NCBI GenBank assembly: GCA_024137785.1 | Contig: JAHRHZ010000046.1 | Span: forward strand, 31,286,320-31,350,319 | DNA: 64,000 nt | DNA from: Ginglymostoma cirratum | Taxonomy: Eukaryota | Direction: 5' to 3' | Part shown: positions 14,370-27,512 of the stretch, piece after piece | How the letters are laid out: each line of letters begins with the position of its first letter | How positions within the stretch are numbered: the stretch's first letter is position 1 | Made by a program: the position numbers and the translations under genes | Notes under the pieces: model-generated | Databases searched by the model: none | What the model was told of the DNA's origin: nothing | Seen by the model: only the letters and a program-made list of their open reading frames with translations

Positions 14370-17300
14370 TTTGTACTTGCAGATTCAGTCTGATTCCGTT
14401 TCTCTGGACTTAAATGATAAAGGATGGTGTTTTACAAATGCAAATTTCCCTAAATCCACATCATGCCTAGCTAAAGCCATGTATCCCGATTTATCTCTAC
14501 AGATTTCCTTAAATGCAGCAAGTAATCTCACCAGGTCTTCCCTTCGTCCTTCCTCAAAGAATAAGAATACAGTGTCTAACATTCCCAGTATTTCAATGTT
14601 CGTTAACTAGATGCTAGAAGGTTCAGCTTGTAAATTTATGTCTCCTTCTACCTCACCGTCACTGTCTCTGCATCTGCAACTGTTTTTACTATATGATAAT
14701 ACTTCAGCCTTCTTATCTTCCTCACTGTGACAGTATTGTTTCAAGGTGTTGATTCGATACAACTAATTATTCTTCCTGCAATCAGAGTGTGTACCAAATA
14801 ATTCACTTTGCTAATCTTCTTAATCACTTTGTAGGGACTACTGAATCTTGCATTCAGAGATTTCCTCTGTAAAAGTAACAATTCTAACACTTCTTCTCCT
14901 ATTTGAAATGCCTGAGCTCAAAGCATTTATCTGCCCATTCTTCTACCTTTGCCTGTAATGTTTTTAAAAGCTCCCATTCTACTTTGCATTAGGCTTTAAC
15001 TATTGTTTGAGAGTATGATGGTAGCTCGCTCAAGCTCCCTGTGTCTGTGGATGATGTGTATGGACTTCAACTGTTTCATACCCAAATTACACATTATGTC
15101 TTGAAAAATTTAAGACACAATATGGGAACCTTGGCCCAACTGCATTTTTAATCAGCAATCCATCATGTGTGGAAAATGTGCGAGTGTGTCCACCACTATA
15201 TTAGCTGTGATTGCCCAAGAAGAGATAGCCTCTGGGAACAAGCTGTCATATTCATCATGGCAAGGATAAACTGGTGGCCCACTTTCATTTTCGGTAATGG
15301 TCCAATATGGACTACTGAAAGGTTCTCAAAAATCTGTATGGGTATTAAGGGTGCTGGTTTGATTGTATGTTAAGGTTTTCCCACCATTTGGCATTTAAGA
15401 TATGTTTTCAAAGCAGCACCATGTCTTTTGAAGACCTGGCCAGGGAAATTACCTGATGGCAATATCTGTACTTGAGTTTTCATATTTCTACATGTCCTGT
15501 ATTTGGAATTTAATGTGCTACCTGCAATATCTTTTTACAATATCTGTGTGGTACCACTATCTGATGATCAACTACTTTTTATCAGCAGGTCTCACCTTCC
15601 TCATCAAAATCCCAATTTTAACATAAGAATACTCCATAACACAGTCTCGGCTTCCGCATAGGCTGATTATAGTAACTTGGTTAAGCTCCAATTTAAGAAA
15701 AATCATGAAATACTTCTTTTGGATTATTTTGAAGAATGTTTCAGCTATCATAATACCGACATGTGTTAGCACTTTGGCTGCTGGTGATGGATTTTGCTTA
15801 GACCTTGCTCTGGTCACCAGAGATAACGGAACAGTATCTTGAACTTGTTCCAGTAACTGTTCTGTTTCTTTAATCTCCATCAGACTTGCTGATTATGGGA
15901 AAAGTTATAGCTTTCACCCCTGCCAAATCATTACCTAAAACTAAATTAACCCCATCTGTATCTAAGTTTGAACAACCCCTCTTGTCGCTGTTCTGGACAT
16001 TAAGTCAGATTCTAAGTGCACCCAGTACTAAGGTGTATATACTCTCCATTAATTCCATTTATTAGAACCTAGGTTTTAAATGTGTTCTCTTGGGGTAATA
16101 ATTTTGCCTAATAAAATTTTGAGTGGCTCCTGAATCATTAAAATATAGTCAACAGGCAAGCTGATCCATTTGAATTGTAAGAGCTAAGAAACAGACGTAG
16201 GCCATTTAGCCCTTAAGGCCACCTGCCATTCAATGCAATCATGCCAACTGAATACTACAATACCTTTCATTAACTGTTGTTAATCAGAAATCTACCTTAT
16301 ACGTACTCAAAGACAGACCTTCCACGGTACTCGGCGCTAGAGAATTTCAAAAGTTCACAACCCTTTGAGTAAAAAAACTCCCCACATCATGAAATTAAGT
16401 GGTATCCCCATGATCTTTAAATGGTGCCCCCTTGTTCTGGACTCCCCGATTAAACATCTTCCCTGCAACTACCCTGCCTATCCTTTTAAATGGTTTGCAA
16501 GTTGCAATGAGGTCACCTTTCATTCTCCAAAACTCTAGCAAATAAAGACTCAGCTTGCCAATCTCTTTTCATATGGCAATCCTGCCATCCCAGGAACAAG
16601 CCTAGTGAGCCTTTGTTGCACACCCTCTCTGGCAACAATATCATTCCCAAGATAAGGAGATCAAAACTGCACAAAGTAATCCAGGCCAAATCTAATCAAG
16701 CTCTTAATCAATTGAAGCAATTCTCCACTAAAGAATTCTTCCTGTACTCAGATCCTCTTGCACTATAGACATACATTCTATTAGCCGTTCTTATAGTTTG
16801 CTGCATCTGCATGTTGGCTTTCAGTGACCTATCAACATGGACACCCAGGTCCCTTTGTACATTAACACTTTCTAACCTCTTACCATTTAATAAATACTCT
16901 GCATATCACTCATATAAAAGGGGTTAAAATCGCATTTTCCCACATCATATTCCATTTGTATGTTCTTGCCTATTCACGAAGCCTTTCCAAATCCTCCTGA
17001 AGCCACTTTGCATCTTACTCACAACATACATTCCCACATAGCTTTGATCCATCCATTAATTTGGCCCCTACCTCCAAGTCTTTAGTAGATTTCGGACCCA
17101 AGTACTGCCTTTTGTGGTACCCCAATAGTCACCGCCTGTCAATGCAAGAATGATGTTTTTGCTCGTAATTAAATATTAGATACTCATTAATTAAATAATT
17201 AAGTTACTTTTCTCTTGACAAAAATCCTTCGTGTCTTTCATCCACTTTATTCAGCTTTCCTGGAAGACACAGTAAATTTACCTTCGGTCCTACCATTATA

Positions 17301-19433
17301 GTTACAGCCATAATTTGATCCATATCTTGGCCTCCTTTGTTGGAATCACTTGTACGAACTTCAGTTAGTCCTATGGTTTTCCAGGTAATTTCCAACATTC
17401 CAAACAAAGGTATCTAATTTTATTACAATGAAATATTTAGCCCTTACGACTATCACCTTTTAAACTTGGCATCTTCCTTTCTGGTCTGATGAATTCCTAA
17501 GGCATTCCCAGCTGTCCTTTATTCACCCTGGCTATTTGCATTCCAATCTAAATGCTGCAGTCATGTGGTCTTCAACATGCTTTTTAATTACTAGAGAAAG
17601 TGATTTTTAAAAAATGTTCTAAGTGAATCGTTTCTCTCAGAACTTCATAGATAGCATCTGAATGCCTGTGTCCAAATTATTTGATTTTATCCTTGCAAAT
17701 TTAATGTATGCCTGTTTTCTTTTGTTTCAAAACTTCTGAAATGCCTCAGGGTCTGGCTTATATGCACCAATAAAAGCCTTTTTAAACTATGTTTTAATGC
17801 ATCGAAACCTGCTCTGAACATGATGAATAAACCTCATGAGCTCTATTTGCTTTGCATGAGCAATATTGAGCTTTCCTTTGGCAACTTCATTTATTTTGCT
17901 ACTTTCTCAAATGAAATAAGAACGCTTCCACATCTTTTTCCTCAAATTTTGGTAGGGGTTGCACAAATTTACACACCGCCTTACTGGACTTTTAATTAGA
18001 CTCAGATCTTTCCTCATCAGAATGTTCCCAGAGTCAAAGGCCTCTTAGTTCCAGCCTTTTATGCTGGTATTCCCTTTCTTCCTCCTTTTCCCTCACCTGC
18101 AATGCTCTTCCCCTTTTTCTTCCATTTGAAGTGCATCTCTCTCAAGTTGATTTCTTTTAAAATTTTTAACTCAATAATTATTTCAATCATTTCACCTGTA
18201 ACTGAATTCTTGCAAACCCAATTTACTCATGTTCGATATACCACAACTTTAATATTTCCAAAAATTCAAAATGCTAATCCTTCAATTATTTTTGCCTTCT
18301 TAGCTTTCACAGGAAATTCCAACCTTAACTCCTTACCAATTCTACTAACTTAGCCTTAATTAAGTCTTGTAAATTGTCAGGCACTCTTCCTGCATATTAA
18401 AGTTTTAGTTGCTTCTCAAGCCATTTAATTTTATAGTATGAAGTACATGGTATTGGTCCTTCTATCCCTAAATAATTATTACTCTACAACCAATGAACTG
18501 CTGCCTGCATCTAATATCCCAGCTCAGCCCTCAACCTGAGTTACAACTGTGACAGGGAGGAATACATTGGTAACCAAGCCCACAATCCGCACAAGTTACA
18601 CCATAAATACGAATGTCATAATTCAATCAGCAAAATGGCTAATGGCTTCCCTTTTGTACTGCTATCTAGATAAAAAGCAACTTACACCATGTCTCTAACT
18701 CAAAATAATACTTTTATTCTAAATCAAATCTCATTTCTAAAACAAGTGGCAAGACTTGGTAAACATAATTCTGGTGCCTATAAATTAGGTTCTAACTTCC
18801 TTTAATCCTAAAGCAAACATACTCACACAACACAAAAGAAACAAAGTCTCCACAGAGATTATAGTTTTAATGAAGCAATAGAAAATGCCCTTATTAGGTA
18901 ATGGTATGAAAGTCCTTCAGGTTTCTTGTTGACAAAATCAAATTGTTGACAAACAGACTATTGGAAACTCTTCCAAACAAAGCTTCAGTTCAGATGGAAG
19001 AAAAAGTAAATCCAAGTCTTTAGATAATGGGTACAGTTCAGCTTTTCAGGACCTACAAATACTTTGGCAGTTTCTTCTCCTTTGACTTGCTCGGTTTGTG
19101 AGACAGAAAACAAGTCCAGAAATAGTTGTGAGGCAACCATTAGCACGGGACCCCCAAAGTCCATTCTAAAGCCAATGTTCCAGAAATTAAGAGTTATAAA
19201 CCCTAACTCTGATCTATTTAAGAGATCTGCTTGACTACTTTCCCAAAGTCACTTTACTTTCTGCTGTCAGCAGGTGGATCACAGCCCACATTGAACTGTT
19301 GATCATTCCCAAGAAACCAAATGTTCCCTTCAATTTCTCGGCATAAAATAAACAGTATTAATCCAGAAATATCCAAACAGTTCAATATCTTACTATTTTT
19401 CACATAGTCCAAAAATATATATAGGCATTGTCA
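14370..19433 (-). mobile_element. Decayed Gmr1-like Gypsy LTR retrotransposon (gag/SCAN-like, protease, integrase, start of RT)
   Basis: Minus-strand remnants: LPKFEEKDVEAF..FEKVA (~17960-17895), LRETIHLEHF..KNSL (~17640), DSGATQ (~16135), DGVNLVLGNDLAG (~15950), VAH..GHV..KT..WPGLQKD (~15520-15425), FSSPYKVIKKISKVNY (~14845-14795), HDVDLG..VKHHP (~14460). Degenerate tRNA-Pro-like PBS at 18516-18533; putative 5' LTR ~18542-19433 (edges uncertain). Confidence 0.8.
16175..17160 (-). mobile_element. CR1 LINE 3' ~1 kb, nested in the Gypsy relic
   Basis: Reverse-complement CR1 hallmarks: gtaggccatttagccct 3' UTR, acacccaggtccctttg, gtggtaccccaatagtcac (VTIGVPQ). Confidence 0.85.
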
Positions 19434-21026
19434 ACATTCCCCAGAATTCACTATTGATGATGGGTTCATGAATTACATGAAGCCTCTAGTTACAGGGTGT
19501 TTATTAATGAGTAATGAGTTTATGAGTTTATTAATTCGTGATTATTCGTTTGATTTTATCTGATATTCTCTTGTTTCTCCCTCAACAGGGATCAATCTAA
19601 CTTCTTTGTCCCGTTTGCCTATAGGACGATGGCCTGATGTCCATCAAGCTAGGGAACTCACTCGCTCGAATAAATTTAAAACAGTACAAATGAAATCAAC
19701 CTAATAATTACATAATTTTATTTTACACAGTACTTTTGGGGTAAAATTCAACCTTGGGGTTGGGGTAAGCTCTCTTAAGGGTAATTATAGAATAGGTAAT
19801 ATGCACAACTTTCTAGTCTTTGAAGATTTTAAGCGGCAAATTGAACTGGGTTTATGATAGACAGGTGATCAGCCATTACCTCTTCTTTACCCATACCATT
19901 GTCTGCATTTCTCACTCTCACTGAGATTTGAATTTTGCCCGTTCCACTTCAATGATTCCAATCCCAAAAGTATCAATTGAAAAGATCTGTCTTCTTATGC
20001 TAACAAAATAAATGGTTTATTGCTTATAAAAATTAGAACATTTATAGTTATTTTAAACGGATAAGAACAGATACTATGTGTATTATGATTTTTTTTTAAG
20101 GTTGCATTGATCAATTTAATTTGCGCTGGTTATTAGCACCAGTCAAACACACAGCCAATAAAGTTAGCAATAAGCGGATATAAAACTGAACCATGTGCCT
20201 CATTTGAATGTTACTGTTAAGCTGCCGGCACATGATGAGGATGTACAATAAAATTGCGACTTGGAAAAGTGTTGTTGACATTTATAACACCACCTCTGAC
20301 ACCATCTCAAGTTTTCAGATGAGCAAACATTTCAAAGGTGGACCAATTGAAAATTGTCAGGCTGCTGTCTACCCTAATATATGTTACCAGCTGTTGTGAG
20401 GAGCTGACATCACTTGCCACAAAGTGATTGCTGAGTCTGAATGGTTTCATTTCATCTCTAACTCACTAAATTCTAAGGAAGCTTTCAAAACTTAACTGCC
20501 TTCAAGTTACACAAGAAATTGGTGTGAGAATATTTAACACATTCCTATGTAATTACTTTCTCTTTTACTTGTATGAACAACAAACAATTGAAAATAAAAG
20601 TCTTGATGCTTCTCCTAGACAGATAAGGATTAACAAACAACGACATTAAGCAAGTGATTACATTTGTGCAAGTCTAAGTGGAAGGCCCATGTCAATTATT
20701 ATTTTGAACAGAAGGGAAAAGTATATTTTTAGTACCTCCTCCAGAGTGAAATGTAAAATGGTAAAAATTGATTATTATGTATAAATTAAATAAGATTTCT
20801 CAGATCATTCTTGTCCAAAGTTCTTAAAAAAATTAGAGATGACCTCCAAGACAGCCATTATCCACAGTTAGCAGTTATTAATATGAGTTAACAGTATATT
20901 TGTCTGAAGCATTCGACCTACAATAGGGTGTGAATGCTAGGCAGAGGTTGTACACTGTGAAGCCATAAATTCACATATTGCATTGTGCTTGATCATAAAT
21001 TGAAAATGGGATGCAGTTTTACAAGA

Positions 21027-21352
21027 GTTAACAAGGTGCAGAGCTGGATGAACACAGCAGGCCAAGCAGCNNNNNNNNNNNNNNNNNNNNNNNNNNNNNN
21101 NNNNNNNNNNNNNNNNNNNNNNNNNNNNNNNNNNNNNNNNNNNNNNNNNNNNNNNNNNNNNNNNNNNNNNGGAGCAGGAAAGCTGACGCTTCGGGCCTAG
21201 ACCCTTCTTCAGAAATTTTTTTTTTCTGAAGAAGGGTCTAGGCCCGAAGCGTCAGCCTTCCTGCTCCTCTGATGCTGCTTGGCCTGCTGTGTTCATCCAG
21301 CTCTGCACCTTGTTATCTCAGATTCTCCAGCATCTGCAGTTCCTGCTATCTC
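21027..21352. mobile_element. Young hammerhead fold-back element (family A) with 15-bp TSD; contains a 100-N gap
   Basis: Near-perfect inverted arms meet at cagaaattttttttttctg. TSD tgcagttttacaaga at 21012-21026 and 21353-21367. Confidence 0.92.
21071..21170. other. Assembly gap (100 N)
   Basis: N run. Confidence 1.
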
Positions 21353-24235
21353 TGCAGTTTTACAAGATGCTCTTTTTATTAAGACAGTCTCCATCAGAAA
21401 AAACTGACTCAATGTAACTGTCGATGAAATATGAAAATGTCATGGGTTCTGTGAAACAAAAAGATAGGACATTTAACATTTAGAATTAACTATCTGCGAT
21501 CCATTATGAATAATACCTGATATGTGTTAAGAGAATTCCGGGTAGTTCTCAAAATTGAAGTGTTGTGGCAATAAATATAATGCACCCATTTTTTTCATTT
21601 GTACAATCAATCAAGCTCCATGACTGGACTGTTGTCCTAAAATTCATTTCCAAAATCTTCAATATCAAGAATAGACAGATCATGAACGAATCTTGGAAGT
21701 GTTAATATTTTCTCAGCTTTACCATCTCATCCACTTTTACTATATTTATGCATCCCTCCAGGCTTCATGTGTTATCAGGTGTTCTTCCTACATCTGCTAA
21801 AATCTTCTGTATAGAACATCTCATTTTCGTGACTTCAGAAAAAAATAAGCCAAGAATGAGCTTAGAATCTGAACAAAATCAAAAGCTGGTATTGTGTGGC
21901 TCAGACATATTCTGTCAAAGGTTCTGTGATTGACTCTCTTCATTTAGATCAAATGACAAAATAACTGGGCATTCAATTCCAAGTCCCTTTAATTTTCAAA
22001 TTTTCCCTTGTATCTCGCAGATGAAACAAAATAGCTTACGACTTTGATTAAAAGAATTAGAAGTATGAGTACAATAGGATAATTCTGTATTGAAATTGAG
22101 CAGACATCAATGAATTTTCTGTGATCAGTGAACGACACAAAGTGTCTGACTTGTTCAATGGAGCACTGTGCCTATGTGTGTGTATTTACAGGTACTGATT
22201 TCTTTTTAAGCATGTCACATCATGATACTGAAATTATTTCTGTCTGTGAAGAGAAATTGGTGCAATGTTTATTATGGTACAATTAAGTCAATTTTCTTCA
22301 ATATCTCCAAAGATTGACTTCTGTTCATATGTGACGCAACAGCAGAGACAGAATAAAGTAAAAATGCTGCCAAGTGTCTCAGCAGTATCTGGTAGGATCT
22401 TTTCCCCGAGAAAAAGTGACCTGTTATGTAAGTATAAATGGTTGGGAAGTGAAAGGTGGCAGTTTATTAACTGAGCCTGATGACCAATATCATGTAAACT
22501 CGATTGCAAGTGTCAGGAAGTCTAAAGCTGCAGAAGCAGTCATGAAGGATCAAATTGGAAGTACTTACCAATGGGTAAATCGCAAGCCTGCAGAGTTTTA
22601 ACTTCATATCTAACAGCTATTCTTGTTGTACAAAAACTCCAAAAAGGTATGACTAATATCACAGCCTCAAATTAGATTGACAAGGCACATTATGAGATAA
22701 CTGACAATTGTTACGGCTGTTGCATATGATAAACATGTAACATGCATCCATTCAAGAAGTTAATACAAAACAGAAATATTATTGACGTCAAGAGGTCTGA
22801 TAATAAGGTACTGGAGCATAAGTTAATGTTCACATTTCCTTACTTAGCTAAAACAACATTATAAATTAAGAAGATTTGTACTGTGTGTCTCCGCATAAGA
22901 AAGAAAGAAAGACTTGTTAACTGAATGATGTTGGTTTGAATGGCTGTTAATGGTGGCCCAATAATGAAATTATAGAATGACATGTAAGGTACTGATTACA
23001 ATGGAGATAGTGTCAGGACAAGGACCAAGTGCAGTGGGAAGCAAACCAGAAATTAGATGGATTCAACAGCCCAACTGTGTGTGTGCCTTGACTTTCAATG
23101 CAGAGTGAAAATCCAGCCTGAGTCAGGTTTTTTTTGTGACATGTGAAAAGCCACTGTAAGTGCAGGATTAGTAGGAAGATAAAATATGGACAAAACAGCT
23201 TCTGTTACCTTAAAACTTTTCATATGACTGATAGTTGCTACTGTGTTTTAGCAGTTATATAATTATACATTTAATTATTCAATGTCACAATCAATCAGTC
23301 TGTTTTATGTCATTTAGATACTGAAAAATTCTCACTCTGTAAAACATAGCCTGTGGATTTTTACTCCTCTATTGAGACTTTTTGCAGTGTTTCTGTACAG
23401 AAAATCTGAAGAAACTGTTTTGGAATGGGAAGATGTGTGACATTAGCATGTATTTGCAAGTGTTGTCTGATTTGTTAATCTGTTTTTCTCAAATACGTCT
23501 GAGTTTTGGCTAATGTGCAAAATTAGCTTTTGAACATCAAGCCCTGAGTACCCATTTATAGAATTTTATGTGAAAATTTTAATCACATGCAATCCTCAAG
23601 TATGGGTTAAAGTGCTGCAATGAAAAACTCTAATGATGTGTAACTGCTTTAGTTTACTTTTGTATTCCTATTCTAATCTAACTAGCCAATGAATCATTTC
23701 ATTCATTCATTTAATTATTTGCTAGTCTAATGTTTGCTTGTTAAATTAATGAAAATTTCATCTCAATAGAATAAACAAGTTGGACTAGTGTAATTACAAT
23801 GTGAGGCCCACCTCTACTAGTTCCATTGTGAATGTCAGACTAGCTAATGTAAGTGTTTGTATTTACAATCTGAATTCACTGTATGTTCAATCTATGTAGG
23901 TAGTGTGTACTATCTATGGGATGGATCACATTACTCACCAAGACTTCTTCAACAGTATCTCCCAAACACATGACCTCCACTGCAAAGGTGAAGAAGGAAA
24001 CAGACACATAGGAATACGATTACCTCCAAATTCCTTTCCAAGCTACACAGTCTCTTGGCTTGGATGGTCTTCACTGTTGCTGGATTAAAAATTCTAGAAA
24101 ACTTGATCTAACCATCCTGTGGGGAACCTTCACTGTAAAGATTGAAGTTAATATTGATGCTTCCTCCACGTGGCACGTGCTGTTTGGGTTTAGAACTTGT
24201 GAGCTATATTGACTGATAAAATCTTCAGTGATTAT

Positions 24236-24520
24236 GGGGAAGCAGTGACATAGTGATCATGTCAGTAAAGTAATAATTTATAACCTCAGGTTAACATTCT
24301 GGAGCTATGGGTTCAAATCCCTGCTCTACCAAATAGTTAAGGCTTGAATGGAACAAAATGTTAATGATGGCTATATTGCTTGTTGTACATACCCAAACTG
24401 TTCACTTTAGGGAAGGAAATCTGCCATCCTTACCTGGACTGGTCAACATACAACTTCAGACCCACAACAATATGGTTTACTCTTAACTGTCCAGTGGCAA
24501 TAAATGAGGCCAACATCTCA
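24236..24520 (+). mobile_element. tRNA-derived SINE, decayed; another SINE head at ~10010-10090
   Basis: gcagtgacatagtg (A-box-like), gggttcaaatccc (B box), tttagggaaggaaatctgccatccttacctgg body. Confidence 0.6.
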
Positions 24521-25668
24521 TTACCAAATTTTAAGAATGATTTACCCATAAATATTCTATAGATCTGGAAACAATAGCACATAACAATTGCATTGATCAC
24601 CAAACAATGAAAATAATTGGTCCCCCTCTTAAAAATTTCAATGATTCCATAGGATGTCTACGTTTAGGTCAGACTTGTAAATCAGTCCTTTGGCAACACG
24701 CTGGGTGTTGGAAAGGCTGGTAAAATGGAATTGGCATGCAACAGAGAGAGGTGCCGGCTGTTAGCAAAATGACATATAATAGGAAAGTTGGCAGATTGAC
24801 TGTCCCCCGTGAGCCAACTTGAGCCACATAAGTAGCCAATGAAAGGCCATTCCCCACCTCCTTGGTCAATCAGTCAGGTGCCATGTGGGGAAACTTGTAA
24901 GTAAAATCTGTCAGTCTCTAATTGGACTCTGGGTAGATTGGGGGGGGTGTCATTCTTGTTTGAGTACTCTTTGAACCTCTTTGGAGTCTTCAGCAGCAAT
25001 GGCCACAATTTACCAACAGCATCTCATGTATACTACAAACAACTATCCTTACCTTAATGATCATTATTACTGCTCCCTTTGCTCAGAATATTCCAATCTT
25101 TTTTACAAAAATTAATTTATTAGCCCATACCCTCACAAAGAACCTTCACTGGTCTCCTCCATGCTCTTCAAAGACCTCTTCCCTCTTATGTTGAAAATCC
25201 TTGAAAGCATTGTCACTTTCAGTTCAATTTTAATTCCTTTCGTCTGTCAAGCTCAGACACCTACCTTGTAACTCCACCCACAGTGCTTTATATGTCCTTG
25301 AACCCTCGGCAGGATTTGACATGGTAAGTACCTCAATTATTATCCATTAGTTTTTTTTCTGGTTCATCTACATGGAACTACCAAATGGTTCCAGTCCACG
25401 TGTCCTATTACTGTCAGTGCATCTCTAACCTCTACACATACAGTTCCAAACATCTTGCAGTGTCCTTCCAATCCTCTCCTTTACCTTATTTACATTTTTT
25501 CACTTGCCAACAATATCTACATTTCCATTTTTGTGGAGTTGCTAACAGCACACACTTCTATCCCTTTACTGGCTGACTCAGTTATTTGGCTGAAATCAAT
25601 TCATGGGATAATAAGAACTTACTACAGATAATGATTGGGAAGACCTCAGTCACTGTTCTGTCTTACTA

Positions 25669-25770
25669 AGTTTTGAAGAAGGGTGACTGGACCCGAAACA
25701 TTAACTCTATTTTATTTTCACAGATGTAGCCAGGCCTGCTGAGTTTCTCAGCAATTTTTTTTTTTTGTTT
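25669..25770 (+). mobile_element. Single-arm family B copy beginning at the hammerhead
   Basis: agtt-ttgaaga-agggtgactggaccc-gaaacattaactc...cacagatgtagccaggcctgctgagtttctc. Confidence 0.8.
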
Positions 25771-26764
25771 GTCCCCAAGTCACTAAAACTCCATATCTCT
25801 GCCATTAATGGAATCTCATTCTAAGATTGAGCTCCTGCACAATTTGGTATCCTACCATGCACGGTGTGAAGATACAAAACTTATATTTTATTGATTATAA
25901 GGAGCACTTGTTTTCATCTTACTATCCCAACCTTGTTTTCCACAAAGCTCAAGTATTCATCTGAACATTTGCTATTTCTAGATACAAATTCTCAGACACC
26001 TTCTTTCCATTGCACAGCCTTTATCAATTTCCATCTTGCTAAAAACAGCTACCAGTCATCTATCCGTCCTAAATTCTGATTCTTTTTCACTCCAATCTTC
26101 ACCTTTACAAATAACTCCTTGTTATCCAACATATACAATTCAGAACTCTAGTTCTAGCTTATTGATCCCACAATGCTTCAGCCTCTCTAATTCTAAAACC
26201 TCTTCCACATTAACGTAACCAGCCAACTTTGGCCCTTTGGTTCTAGTTCATTTGGGCATACTTCACTTTCCATTTCAGCATCAATACCTAAACAGTCAGT
26301 TACTTCCATGCTACTCCCTGGAATACACCCAGAAAAGTAGGCCATCTTTCCTGTTCTTTCTATTGTTGCTTGGTGTCTATTTCTCTTCTGCCAATTGCCT
26401 TGGAATATTTTTAATTTAATAGCCCAAAACTAGTGCCAGCTGTTGTTGTCTATTTGTTTCAATGTTAGCCAACTCAAATGCTATTATTCGTTTATTGCCA
26501 AATATCGCCAACACCAATTCCACGGAAAACACCGCAAAAATCTATACTATTCACTGAATAATACTAATGAAGATATAATAATGTATTATAAAAATGGTAA
26601 TGTATGTTCTACAATAACTTGTGTCATATTAACCAGTGCATCTTCTAACTCATCCTGAGTGATGCCATGGTCTAGGATGCGTAAGCAGTTATATCCGTTT
26701 TACATCACAATTGTTATTTCCATGAAGAACAATGACATAAAGGTTTCAAGCATCAACTATGAAA

Positions 26765-27152
26765 AGCTTAGCTCGCTTGGTAACATTCTTTTCTCCAGAG
26801 TCAAGAGATTGTGGGTTCAAGCTTCATTCTAGGAATTCATCCAGGCTCGGACCTCAGTCTTGTTTAGCACTGCATTGTCAGAGGAGCCATCCATATGAGA
26901 TTCAACATTGAGACCCGATCTGCCTATTCAAGTGAATGTGAAAAAAACTCATCTTTTAAAAAATTATGCAGAGAGATCTCTGGCATTACCCTCAGCCAAT
27001 GGTTCATTTATTAGAGTTGTTTTTGTGGGGTTTTGCTGTATTCAAATTTCCTGTCACACGTACGCACAAAATAACAATGACCTTACTTAAAAAATAATTA
27101 ATTGGCACTTTGAGACATCCTTAGGAAATGAGAGTTGCCAAATAAATGCATG
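26765..27152 (+). mobile_element. Deu-domain SINE, decayed
   Basis: tagctcgcttggtaac (A box), gagtcaagagattgtgggttcaagc (B box), gcactgcattgtcagagg, 3' ...aataaatgca. Confidence 0.65.
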
Positions 27153-27512
27153 TTGAATCTTTGTTTAATGAAGCTTTATGGTGAAACTGAATGCGCTTTG
27201 CATGAAAGCAGAATTATTTATGACACAGACCTCTTTATTTCGTTGATGGCCTTTAACATTATGTAATAAAAGCTTCTATTGTGAATAGCCTCAGATATTA
27301 TTTTGATGATTGCTACTTTTAATCCTTTCCACAAAGATACCAGGTTGTTCACATTAAACTCAGATTTAAGTTTAAAAAAAGTAAAAAGTTGTTAGAATGC
27401 AAAACTGTATAGCCAGTATCATTTTGACAGGAACCCAAAACAAAAGTCATATTTCCCATTAACTCTTTAAAAGTTCACTACAGCAGTAGTAGTTAACACA
27501 TACAGCCCAGAT

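Noticed and set aside
21027-21352. Reading the palindromes as DNA-transposon MITEs or miRNA genes
   Set aside because: TSDs are variable (12-15 bp), arms are asymmetric, single-arm copies exist, and the sequence matches the PLE 3' end. All of this points to retrotransposition.
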